Shown here: in pieces, positions 10,726 through 19,971 of the stretch | How the letters are laid out: each line of letters opens with the position of its first letter | Position numbering within the stretch: position 1 is the stretch's first letter | Assembly (NCBI GenBank): GCA_902791865.1 | Contig: CADAXK010000015.1 | Coordinates: 21,944-85,943, forward strand | From: an uncultured Bacteroidia bacterium | GTDB lineage: Bacteria; Bacteroidota; Bacteroidia; Bacteroidales; ML635J-15 | DNA: 64,000 bases | Reading direction: 5' to 3' | Notes under the pieces: model-generated | Databases searched by the model: none | What the model saw: only the letters and a program-made list of their open reading frames with translations | Told to the model about the DNA's origin: nothing | Program-made: the position numbers and the translations under genes

Positions 10726-11790
10726 ATGCCAAACAAACCAGAACATATAGAACATGGTTGGCGATATCCGGTTGATTCAAATCGCCATCATCGCGAAAAC
10801 AGCTGGGATTATTGTGGGCGAGCCATCTATCATATAACACTAGTTGTAGCAGAACGACAACATTTGTTTGGTGAGTTAGTTGGTGACAGTGCAGAAAAAG
10901 CACAAATAGAACTCAATGAATTTGGACGCAAAGTCAATCGCTTACTTCGTGACACCCCAGAGTTCTACAAGTCAAAAGGTTATTCGCTTAGAATACTTGC
11001 GCTCAAGATTATGCCCGATCATTTGCATGTGGTTATTCATGTCCTAGACCATCTCCCCAAACCAATAGGAAATGTAATTCGAGGTTTTAAAAGTGCCTGT
11101 ACGAGTCTTTTTAAGCGTACATATATTGGCGGTGATGACACCGCCGAAATGCACAATCACACATCAACTATTCCACCAGTGATTTTGCATTTTGCTACCA
11201 TCTTTGCTGACGCCGGTAGCATTTGGGAGAAAACCCCTGCAGGTTATCATGAGCGTATCCTTCATGCGGAAGGCCAACTTAATAATATGATTTCTTATGT
11301 TCACGACAATCCTCGTCGTCTATGGCTGAAGAAAAAGCGTCCCGAATACTTTGCCGTTCAGCATAATGTGCAGTGGAATGGACATAGCTTTTCTATTGTC
11401 GGCAATATTTTGCTTTTGGATAGTTCTTTGTGGGCGGTTCATGTTCGCAGTCGCTTTTCTGAAGAGGAGGCTCGTAGCTATATGCACGAATGCATAGTTG
11501 CTGCAAGAAAAGGTGCAGTATTGGTAGGTGCATTCATTAGCCCCAAAGAAAAGCAGGTGCTTGAAATGGCAGTAGCAGAAGGCCTTCCTGTTATCTTTTT
11601 GGTGCCATATAGTTTCTCGGAATATTCCAAACCAACTGGTAAACTTATTGAAATGTGTACTAAAGGGAAAATGCTTTTTTTAACTGAAGTTTCTTCTGAA
11701 GTTAGCCCGCGCAGAAGTATATCAAGAGAGGTGTGCAATACCCTTAATGCCCTTGCCGAAGAAATGATGCAAACTACAATAATAAAATAA
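10726..11790 (+). mobile_element. Y1/HUH (REP-associated, RAYT-like) transposase with C-terminal DprA/SLOG-like domain
   Basis: DY...YHIT N-terminus, MPDHLH HUH motif, IRGFKS, YVHDNP catalytic Tyr; about 150 extra C-terminal aa (VLVGAFISPKEKQVL...GLPVIFL). Confidence 0.75.
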
Positions 11791-11792
11791 AA

Positions 11793-12875
11793 ATGCCTCT
11801 CATCATTCTTTCTACCATATTATTGTTACTCCTTTTAATTCAGGCTGTCTTTTATATCCTGCCTGCTTTTGCATTGAGGAAAAGCGATGATGAGAAATCC
11901 AATGCTGATTTGCCATCAGTTTCTGTAATAATCGCTTGTCGTAACGAATTGCAAAACCTAAAATCGAACTTACAATACATAATCAATCAGCGATATCCTG
12001 AGTTTGAAATCGTGATTGTCGATGATAATTCCACTGATGGAACTTATGAATATGTTTCAAATTTGGCGAACCCATCTCCTTGTAGCATAAAACTTGTCAA
12101 GAATGATGGCAAAGGCAAAAAAATAGCCCTTTCGTGTGGAGTACGCGCAGCGTCTTACGAACATTTGATTTTTACCGATGCCGATTGCCGTCCTGCTTCC
12201 GAAAAATGGATTTCGGGCATGATGTTGCACTTCGATGAGGCAAATCCACTAGTTGTTGGTTACGGCGAATTGTCGGGCAAGACTTTCGCATCCCGTTTTT
12301 CTTCGTATGATGCTACTCTTATTGCCATGCAGTATATGGGATTCGCATCTCTCGGGCATGCCTACATGGCAGTTGGTCGCAATATTGCATATTCGCGCAA
12401 ACTTTGGGATACACTTGGCGGTTTTGCATCCCATTCCGACATGGCTTCTGGTGACGATGACCTCTTTGTCAGGGAGGCAGCAAAACATATTCGTCCTACC
12501 GTATGCTTTTTGCACGATGCAAAGACTATTTCACCAGCAAAGGATAGACTTGCCAAATTGTTGCGGCAAAAGTCGAGGCACGTTTCAACGTCTGCAAGGT
12601 ACAGTTTGCCAGATAAATTCTTGTCGGGAGGCGAAATCGTTACGCGGACATTATTTTTCGCAATGGCTGTTGCAATGATGTTTGTAAATTGGAAAATTGC
12701 ACTTGCTTTTGTGGTGCTGCGATTGGCAATGGTTTTGTTTGCTTTAGGCAGGTTTTGCTCGTTGACAAAAACCGATTCCAATTTATTTATGTCGCTGATA
12801 TTTGATATCTTTGCACCGATTTTTTATTTGGCATTGTTGGTTTACAGAATCTTTAATCGGAAAACGGAATGGTAA
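11793..12875 (+). CDS. Glycosyltransferase family 2, membrane-bound
   Basis: SVIIACRNE, DDNSTD, TDADC, SGDDDLF, QKSRH motifs. Confidence 0.9.
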   Translation: MPLIILSTILLLLLLIQAVFYILPAFALRKSDDEKSNADLPSVSVIIACRNELQNLKSNLQYIINQRYPEFEIVIVDDNSTDGTYEYVSNLANPSPCSIKLVKNDGKGKKIALSCGVRAASYEHLIFTDADCRPASEKWISGMMLHFDEANPLVVGYGELSGKTFASRFSSYDATLIAMQYMGFASLGHAYMAVGRNIAYSRKLWDTLGGFASHSDMASGDDDLFVREAAKHIRPTVCFLHDAKTISPAKDRLAKLLRQKSRHVSTSARYSLPDKFLSGGEIVTRTLFFAMAVAMMFVNWKIALAFVVLRLAMVLFALGRFCSLTKTDSNLFMSLIFDIFAPIFYLALLVYRIFNRKTEW

Positions 12876-13444
12876 AGAGATCGCGCGAACTTTCTGAAAT
12901 GGACGACTTGTCGTTGAGGCAACTTGTGCTAGATGGTGATGATGGTGCCATGTCGTGTCTGTTTATCAGGTATCAGACCGAAATAAAGTCGTTTCTTGTT
13001 TCTCGCGGTTGCCAAAGCGATGATGCCGACGACATTACAATCATTTCGTTGCAAAAGATTTTGAAATCGCTCGATAAGTATGATCCGAGCCGTGATGCTT
13101 CGTTCTGTACTTGGGCATTTACGATAGCAAAGAATACCTATCTAGATTGGCACAAGACTTACAATTTGCAGGAGTCGCAGATGCCTACAAGCGATTCGTT
13201 GTCGGTTCCCGATGATGCAACTCCAGAAACTTCGCTTATTGAGAAGGAGAGGCAGGCTTACTTCGATTCGCTGTTGGGACGTCTTTCGGAATACGAGCAG
13301 AAGATATTGCTGATGAAAGGTGCAGGAATGAAGTACGAGGAAATAGCAAATGAACTTGGAATATCGCTGTCGGTAGTGAAAAACAGGATACATCAGGCCA
13401 AATTGAAACTAGTTGAACTTTCGAAGGATGTTAGAAAAGATTAA
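12869..13444 (+). CDS. ECF RNA polymerase sigma factor
   Basis: Region 2 FCTWAFTIAKN; region 4 YEEIANELGISLSVVKNRIHQAK. Confidence 0.9.
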   Translation: MVKRSRELSEMDDLSLRQLVLDGDDGAMSCLFIRYQTEIKSFLVSRGCQSDDADDITIISLQKILKSLDKYDPSRDASFCTWAFTIAKNTYLDWHKTYNLQESQMPTSDSLSVPDDATPETSLIEKERQAYFDSLLGRLSEYEQKILLMKGAGMKYEEIANELGISLSVVKNRIHQAKLKLVELSKDVRKD

Positions 13445-14039
13445 GGAATATTTCCCAGAGCTTACTGATGTTCAGGTTGACCGACTGGTTGAACTGGAAA
13501 TGCTTGTGCGCGATTGGAACGAGAAAATAAATGTTATAAGTCGCAAGGATACCGACAATATTTTCGTCCATCACATACTGCATTCGATGGCAATTGCGAA
13601 AGTAAAGCAGTTCAAGCCTGAAGAATTTGTTCTTGATGTCGGCACAGGTGGCGGTTTCCCCGGAATTCCGCTTGCAATAATATTTCCAGAGACAAAATTC
13701 ACTTTGGTGGATAGCATCGAGAAGAAAATCAAGGTTGTGAAGGGCATATCGGAAAGCCTAGGGCTTACAAATGTGGAAGCCATGAAGATTCGTGCCGAAC
13801 TATTGCCGCCCAAGTATGATTGCATAGTTAGCCGTGCCGTCACCGCCTTCCCCGATTTCGTAAAAATGACGCGCAACGTGCTGAATCCAAAATCTACCGA
13901 GCATTCGATAATTTATCTCAAGGGTGGCGACTTCGACGATGAGCTGAAAGGTATGAAAAACTATTCGATTACGAATATTTCCGACTTTTTTGATGAGGAA
14001 TTCTTCGAGACAAAGAAGATTATATACCTGAATTTGTAA
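13428..14039 (+). CDS. rsmG: 16S rRNA m7G527 methyltransferase
   Basis: WNEKINVISRKD, HILHS, DVGTGGGFPGIPLAI, SRAV; ATG at 13428. Confidence 0.95.
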   Translation: MLEKIKEYFPELTDVQVDRLVELEMLVRDWNEKINVISRKDTDNIFVHHILHSMAIAKVKQFKPEEFVLDVGTGGGFPGIPLAIIFPETKFTLVDSIEKKIKVVKGISESLGLTNVEAMKIRAELLPPKYDCIVSRAVTAFPDFVKMTRNVLNPKSTEHSIIYLKGGDFDDELKGMKNYSITNISDFFDEEFFETKKIIYLNL

Positions 14040-14053
14040 TGATTTGAAATGTT

Positions 14054-14089
14054 TTATGTTGAGACGCAAAATTTTGCGTCTCAACATAA
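14054..14089. repeat. Perfect 36-bp palindrome (REP-like core GTTGAGACGCAAAATTTTGCGTCTCAAC)
   Basis: TTATGTTGAGACGCAAAA|TTTTGCGTCTCAACATAA is its own reverse complement. Confidence 0.85.
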
Positions 14090-14239
14090 TATGAATCATT
14101 TATTTGTAATCTCCTCACTTTTCAGTGGTTAATGCTATTGATTACCAATTCTTTATTCAAAATTTTACACAAAATCAAAAAAAATGCTTTGTTTTCAAAA
14201 AAATGTAGTACTTTTGCAATCCCAAAAGGCATACCGAAT

Positions 14240-14323
14240 GCCCGGGTGGCGGAATCGGTAGACGCGCTGGTCTCAAACACCAGTTCCTTCACTGGAGTGC
14301 CGGTTCGACCCCGGCCCCGGGTA
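14240..14323 (+). tRNA. tRNA-Leu(CAA)
   Basis: Acceptor GCCCGGG/CCCGGGT; D-loop GGAATCGGTAGAC; anticodon arm CTGGT-CTCAAAC-ACCAG; long variable arm; GGTTCGA T-loop; no encoded CCA. Confidence 0.97.
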
Positions 14324-14324
14324 C

Positions 14325-14357
14325 AAAAAAGAGATTGCAACAGCAGTCTCTTTTTTT
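14325..14357 (+). terminator. Intrinsic terminator after tRNA
   Basis: AAAAAAGAGATTGC-AACA-GCAGTCTCTTTTTTT. Confidence 0.8.
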
Positions 14358-14448
14358 GTTACACTCTCCAATTTTTTTTTCTGTCGAAAAATGCGGATGT
14401 CTCTTTGCTTATTTGGCGCATATACATAACTTTGCAAAAAAAAGTAAT

Positions 14449-17400
14449 ATGAAGAGACTTGCCTTAATTTTAGCGATAATACCATTCTGTCTGCATTCGT
14501 TCTCGCAGGTGGAAACTAAGTTGCAGAAAGCCGATGCTCTTGCAAAGGCTTGTCTATCAAGCGATGCCGACATATATGCAGAATGCCTTGGCGAAGCCAA
14601 CGAAATGTATTTTTCGGCTTACAATGATTTTGTTTCGAAAGCCATGTCGGCAACAGAAATTGGCGAACTGCCATACGCCCGCATGATGTTTCATGTGGGA
14701 TATTACAGAAAACTGAACTTTTATTTTAAGGAGTGCATTCCATACTACGATACGGCAATGACAGTGTATGCAAAAGCCGACAAACTTGACAATAACGATG
14801 TATGGCGGTGCTTCGAAATGCTTGATGTGCTGAAAGCGTACTATTCTTACGATATGATTGACTATGAAAAAAACTTGCGGTATGCTTTGCTGAATGCCGA
14901 TTTCACGAAGAAATATCTTAAAAAGCAGTACCACGAACTTTCTTCTGCCATGGAAGAAGTTGCTTTCGCATATATGAACATAAACGAATACGACAAGGCA
15001 GAAGAAGCTATAAATGAAGCATTAAAAGCCGAAGAAAAAGCAGGTGGCAAAGATTCGGAACATTATTTCAGCCTTGAACAATACAAAGATCTTATTGCAT
15101 CAGAAAAGGAGTATCCAATAGCAACATATACGATGACAGCCTATCTGCCGATAGAGAATCCTGCAAACCGGCGCGATTCGCTTTACAACATGCTTCTAGA
15201 GGTCAGGTACGATGTTGAAGAAGCTATGCCGTTGTTCGAGGAACTGGAAACTTCGTTTGAAAAAGCCGGAATGAAAAACTCTGATGATAGCCTACTTTAT
15301 GCCAAGTCGTTATATCATATAGCAATACGTTGCTGGGATGCATCACAAAGCAGTGAAGACGATGAAACCACAGCACTTATGGCAGCTCGTGCTATCCGCT
15401 ACATGAAGCAGGCAGACGAACTATATGCTTCTTCCATAGAAGCAATCTCCGATATTCACGCCAACATATTGTATGAACTAGCTATATTTTATAACAATGG
15501 GCGAAACGACAGGGAAACCGCAATGAAATATGCCGAAGCATCATTCGAAATTTTCAAGAAACTTACATTCAACGAATATATTTTATCAAGTTGCGCGAGC
15601 ATACTGGATGCGCTTGACAGTTATTATTGCGGTGACGAAATGCGCGACTGCGAAAAGGCTATCCGCTACAACGAACAGATGGTGGAAATATGTCGCAACG
15701 CCGACAACGACTGGTACATTTATGCACTTATTCGAACTGGAAATAATTACTTCAAAATAGGAAACTACAACAAGGCGCTGGAATACTATATGCTAGCCTA
15801 CGAAAACAACGACAATCCCAACGGTGGCGATGCTGAGATTCTGTTGAAACTTGCCGACACATACAAGAACCTTGGCGACAGCAAGTTGGAAGAAAAATAC
15901 CGCCTAATGTATGAAGGTGTAGTTGCTAACGAAATGCCGACAGATGATGACTATTACATTCCAACATCCTATATGTCAATCGCCGACTTCCTGACGGTAG
16001 CTGTTGACGATGACGAGGTTGAACTGTTGTACGATAGTTCTTTCCGTCCTATTAAGGGAACACATTGCGATTCATTGCGCTACGATGCCGTGTGTGCCAT
16101 TATGAAACGCAGTTCGACCAATCCGAGCGAACGCATAAACAGCACTCGTCCGATAATGATTGCATTCGAGGATTATTTTGCAAAAGGGAAAGCCTCCCAT
16201 GCCGACAGCATCTACTATGCTTATTCGCTTTACAATGTAGGAAAGTACATTAGCGATGCATCCAAAGGCTTCAAGGGTATGCAAATGTTGTTGAAAGCAA
16301 AGGAAATGTTCGAAGCCTTGTCTCTTACAAATACAAGAAACTATGCCAACACGCTTTACGAACTAGCCTTAGTGAAAGACGAATCCGCTGAATATTACAT
16401 AGATGCGTATGGTGTGTATAAAACATTGCCAACCAATATCTTCATCAATAATCGTTGCATGAAAATCTTTGGTGAACTGCTGGATTATGGAGAAAAAAGC
16501 TACAATAATGAGTTCTCTCTCAAAATCTTCGAAGAATTAGAATCGTATCTCGAACAGCATCCCGATTATATAGAGAAGGAAGAACTGGAAACTTTAAAAA
16601 TACAAATCACCATACGAAAGGCCGAATTATATTACAAACTTTTCAACTACGATTCATCTCTGCTATGCTACAAGAAGGCCATTTCGATGATGGACAATGC
16701 TGGAATGAAAAAAACATATACTTATTGCGAAACTATCCACAAACTTGCAGATATTAGTCGTTGGAACCACAACTACGATGATGCCAAGAAATACGCCAAG
16801 CAGTACGAAAAGCTGTCGAAGAAATTCAAGAAGGAAGAAAACGATGATGGCGAATTTTGGGCTGGCGATGATGACGGCACAGATATTTATGGCATGGAGG
16901 AGCAGAGCGAACTGGAGCAATTGTACCAATACCTATATATGTTAAATACTAGCGTCAGATCCAACAATGTCAACGATTGCAGACCGTATGCTATTGAAAC
17001 TTTTGTAAAGATAAAGAATCTGTTTGCGCGCGATGGGTTCAATACAAGTAACGACAGTATATTTTACGAGTATTCGTTGCTTCATATAGGCTATATCGAA
17101 TATATAGCCGAAAAATACGATTCCACTTTGGGTTACATGTCGGAACTTGATAGGTTCCTGCCTCAAAGCAATAGCATTTCGGGTAATGGATACGCAGAAA
17201 TACATTATTATTACCTGCTTTACAAGGCTCTTGCGCTAGCCGGAAAGGAAGAAAAACGGGAAGCGTTGAAGAATTTTGACCTTATACTGGATTATTACAA
17301 ACTTTTGGAATCCAGAAACGAGTATTATGAGATTGATTATACAATGATGCTTTATGCCTCTTATATGTATGCTACGCTTCACGACTACGACAAGGCATTT

Positions 17401-19812
17401 GTGTATTACGACTATTTGATGTCGCAATTCGATGAAAATGAGATAAGCGATAATTATTTCGCCACGAAATATGCAATGGCATCCACCTACGCCGAAATGG
17501 GTGAATATGTTTCGGTTATCGGTTGCCTTGAACCCGAATTCAAGCGCTTTGAATATACATATGTTGATAGCGATGTTTGTGCTGGAATATGCAACTTGCT
17601 CGGCAATGCGTATGTGGCCGTTGGAAATTACGACCGTGCATACAAGTGCTACATTTTGGCGCAGGAGTCGATAAGGGTTTATCAGGGAGCTGATACTAAT
17701 GCAGAAGTTCAGACGCTCAACAATCTTGGAAATTTCTGCAAGAAGGCAGGAAAACACAGGGAAGCAATCGACTATTACGATGATGCTCTTGAAATGTTGG
17801 ATAGAATACAGAGCAACAACCCTGCCCAATATGCTATGCTATACGAAAACAAAGGCTCTTCATACACTATGCTAGGGATGTACGACGAAGCAATGTCGCT
17901 TTTCGAGAAATGCCTTGCGATAAATCAGGAAATATTCGGAGAAAACAGTTCGAATTATGCTACAACCCTTTGCAATATCGCACTGGCATACAAGTCGAAG
18001 GGAGACTATGACAAGGCCTTGAAGAATTACAACGATGCACTAGCCATTTTACGTAACATCTACGACGACAGGCATCCGACTTATGCAGAAACGCTCAACG
18101 GCATAGGTGATGTATATTTTGCGATGGGCGAGTATGGCAAGGCTGCAGAAAGTTTCTCAGATGCAATGGAGATAAACAGGAAGCATCTCGCAAACGACTT
18201 TTCGTTCCTTACATCTGCCGAACGCGAAATGTACTGGGAGAAAAACAAGGACATGAGCCAGCACATACTTCGTTGCGGAAGCAAATTGTCGAACAATGGT
18301 GTGATTTCGAGCGGAGCCTACAATGCCGAGTTGATTACCAAGGGCTTGTTGCTGACATCAGATGTTGAGTTTACGCGTTCTGTTTACGAAAGTGGCGATT
18401 CTGCTCTTATTTCCGATTATGCGGAACTTATTTCCATGAAGGACAAGCTGGGTAAAGCTTACGAAATGCCTGTTGAGGACAGGTACATCGACTGCCGCAA
18501 ACTTAAGGAGGAAATAAACGCAGCAGAGCGTGACCTTGTAGCTAGGGTCGAGAAATATGGAGGCTTCAATGCATCAATCGGACTTACATGGAAAGATGTG
18601 CAGTCGGCAATGCGCAAGGGCGATGTGGCTGTCGAATTTACAAGATTCGAGGTCGATTCCTCCGAGACCCGCTACGCCGCACTTTTGGTTAACAAGTTTA
18701 TGAAATCGCCGATGTTTGTTCCGCTATGTTCCGAAAAGGACTTGCAAAGACTTTTGCGCACAGGCGTTATGCCCGAAAAGCCATCTGATGACCGCGGTGC
18801 AACCGTTTTGCGCGACAGACGCATGGGCGTATATACATCCACCGACTTGTACAATGCAATTTGGAAGCCTCTGGAAAAGTATTTCACGCCAAATGCACGC
18901 ATATATTTCGCTCCGACAGGCTTACTGCATCAGGTAGCGATAGAGTATGCAATGGTTAATTCCACAAAGTCAATTTCGGACATCTACGAAATTTACCGCG
19001 TATCATCCACTCGTTTCCTTGCCATGGACTATTCGCCACGTCCGTTTGACGAGGCCGTGCTGTATGGTGGCATACGCTACGATTCCGATCCTGCATCCAT
19101 GAAGCGCGAAAGCGAACGCTTTGGAACGCGAGCAGCATCATATAATTCATTTGCCGACATCAGTAGGGATGAGGAAAGGACGAGTTTGAGTTATCTGCCA
19201 GGCACCAAAACCGAGGTAGAAACCATTAATGCTAAACTTAAAGCCGGAAAAATCAAGGTCGACATGCATATAGGCGAGGCTGCCAACGAAGAATCGTTCA
19301 AGAACTTGTCGGGGAATAAGGTTTCGCTTTTGCATATTGCAACACACGGATTTTATGTTCCTGCCGATACTATTCTCAATTCAGAGCAGTCGCTCAACTT
19401 GTCGGGACTTTTGCTTGCTGGTGCCAACAACATTTGGACAAACCGACCAGTTCCAGAGGGCGTTGAGGATGGTGTGCTCACTGCAAAGGAGATAAGCAAT
19501 ATGGATTTGCGTGATGCTGATATGGTGGTTCTTTCAGCCTGCCAGACAGGGCTTGGCGAAATTACCGATGAAGGCGTTTTCGGACTTCAGCGCGGATTCA
19601 AGAAAGCAGGTGTGCATACGCTCATAATGAGCCTCTGGTCGGTTGATGACAAAGCCACGCAGTTGATGATGACCGAGTTCTACTCAAATCTGATGGCAGG
19701 AATGTCGAAGCGCGAAGCTTTCCTGAAGGCTCAGCGCACATTGAAGGAGACAAAAGGCTTCGAGAATCCGAGATTCTGGGCTGCATTTATAATGTTGGAT
19801 GGAAACAAATAA
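14449..19812 (+). CDS. Exported TPR-repeat + CHAT (caspase-like) protease, copy 1
   Basis: ATG at 14449 after TAACTTTG (14427); signal peptide ending SFSQ; many TPRs; HIATHG and LSACQT catalytic dyad; PRFWAAF end. Confidence 0.9.
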   Translation: MKRLALILAIIPFCLHSFSQVETKLQKADALAKACLSSDADIYAECLGEANEMYFSAYNDFVSKAMSATEIGELPYARMMFHVGYYRKLNFYFKECIPYYDTAMTVYAKADKLDNNDVWRCFEMLDVLKAYYSYDMIDYEKNLRYALLNADFTKKYLKKQYHELSSAMEEVAFAYMNINEYDKAEEAINEALKAEEKAGGKDSEHYFSLEQYKDLIASEKEYPIATYTMTAYLPIENPANRRDSLYNMLLEVRYDVEEAMPLFEELETSFEKAGMKNSDDSLLYAKSLYHIAIRCWDASQSSEDDETTALMAARAIRYMKQADELYASSIEAISDIHANILYELAIFYNNGRNDRETAMKYAEASFEIFKKLTFNEYILSSCASILDALDSYYCGDEMRDCEKAIRYNEQMVEICRNADNDWYIYALIRTGNNYFKIGNYNKALEYYMLAYENNDNPNGGDAEILLKLADTYKNLGDSKLEEKYRLMYEGVVANEMPTDDDYYIPTSYMSIADFLTVAVDDDEVELLYDSSFRPIKGTHCDSLRYDAVCAIMKRSSTNPSERINSTRPIMIAFEDYFAKGKASHADSIYYAYSLYNVGKYISDASKGFKGMQMLLKAKEMFEALSLTNTRNYANTLYELALVKDESAEYYIDAYGVYKTLPTNIFINNRCMKIFGELLDYGEKSYNNEFSLKIFEELESYLEQHPDYIEKEELETLKIQITIRKAELYYKLFNYDSSLLCYKKAISMMDNAGMKKTYTYCETIHKLADISRWNHNYDDAKKYAKQYEKLSKKFKKEENDDGEFWAGDDDGTDIYGMEEQSELEQLYQYLYMLNTSVRSNNVNDCRPYAIETFVKIKNLFARDGFNTSNDSIFYEYSLLHIGYIEYIAEKYDSTLGYMSELDRFLPQSNSISGNGYAEIHYYYLLYKALALAGKEEKREALKNFDLILDYYKLLESRNEYYEIDYTMMLYASYMYATLHDYDKAFVYYDYLMSQFDENEISDNYFATKYAMASTYAEMGEYVSVIGCLEPEFKRFEYTYVDSDVCAGICNLLGNAYVAVGNYDRAYKCYILAQESIRVYQGADTNAEVQTLNNLGNFCKKAGKHREAIDYYDDALEMLDRIQSNNPAQYAMLYENKGSSYTMLGMYDEAMSLFEKCLAINQEIFGENSSNYATTLCNIALAYKSKGDYDKALKNYNDALAILRNIYDDRHPTYAETLNGIGDVYFAMGEYGKAAESFSDAMEINRKHLANDFSFLTSAEREMYWEKNKDMSQHILRCGSKLSNNGVISSGAYNAELITKGLLLTSDVEFTRSVYESGDSALISDYAELISMKDKLGKAYEMPVEDRYIDCRKLKEEINAAERDLVARVEKYGGFNASIGLTWKDVQSAMRKGDVAVEFTRFEVDSSETRYAALLVNKFMKSPMFVPLCSEKDLQRLLRTGVMPEKPSDDRGATVLRDRRMGVYTSTDLYNAIWKPLEKYFTPNARIYFAPTGLLHQVAIEYAMVNSTKSISDIYEIYRVSSTRFLAMDYSPRPFDEAVLYGGIRYDSDPASMKRESERFGTRAASYNSFADISRDEERTSLSYLPGTKTEVETINAKLKAGKIKVDMHIGEAANEESFKNLSGNKVSLLHIATHGFYVPADTILNSEQSLNLSGLLLAGANNIWTNRPVPEGVEDGVLTAKEISNMDLRDADMVVLSACQTGLGEITDEGVFGLQRGFKKAGVHTLIMSLWSVDDKATQLMMTEFYSNLMAGMSKREAFLKAQRTLKETKGFENPRFWAAFIMLDGNK

Positions 19813-19970
19813 TGATTTACGATTTTAGATTTACGATTTGACTGACAAGATGCAAAGGGATTTATTTTATTGGGCAAAAAGGCTAAAAGAAGGAAAGGCT
19901 AAAAGTCAATTGGCTGTCAGCCTGTTAGCCTTTGAGCCTTCAAGCCCAGAAAACCAAGAAACTGAAACGC
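19813..19970. repeat. Mosaic intergenic repeat (TTTACGA heptamers, GGCTAAAA-type octamers, GAAAC units)
   Basis: TGATTTACGATTTTAGATTTACGATT; GGCAAAAA GGCTAAAA..GGCTAAAA; CTGTCAGC CTGTTAGC CTTTGAGC CTTCAAGC. Confidence 0.8.
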
Positions 19971-19971
19971 A

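Noticed and set aside
14132-14485. Short ORFs overlapping the tRNA and the extended CHAT1 start at 14335
   Set aside because: They overlap the tRNA and terminator; the promoter at 14427 and the signal peptide support ATG 14449
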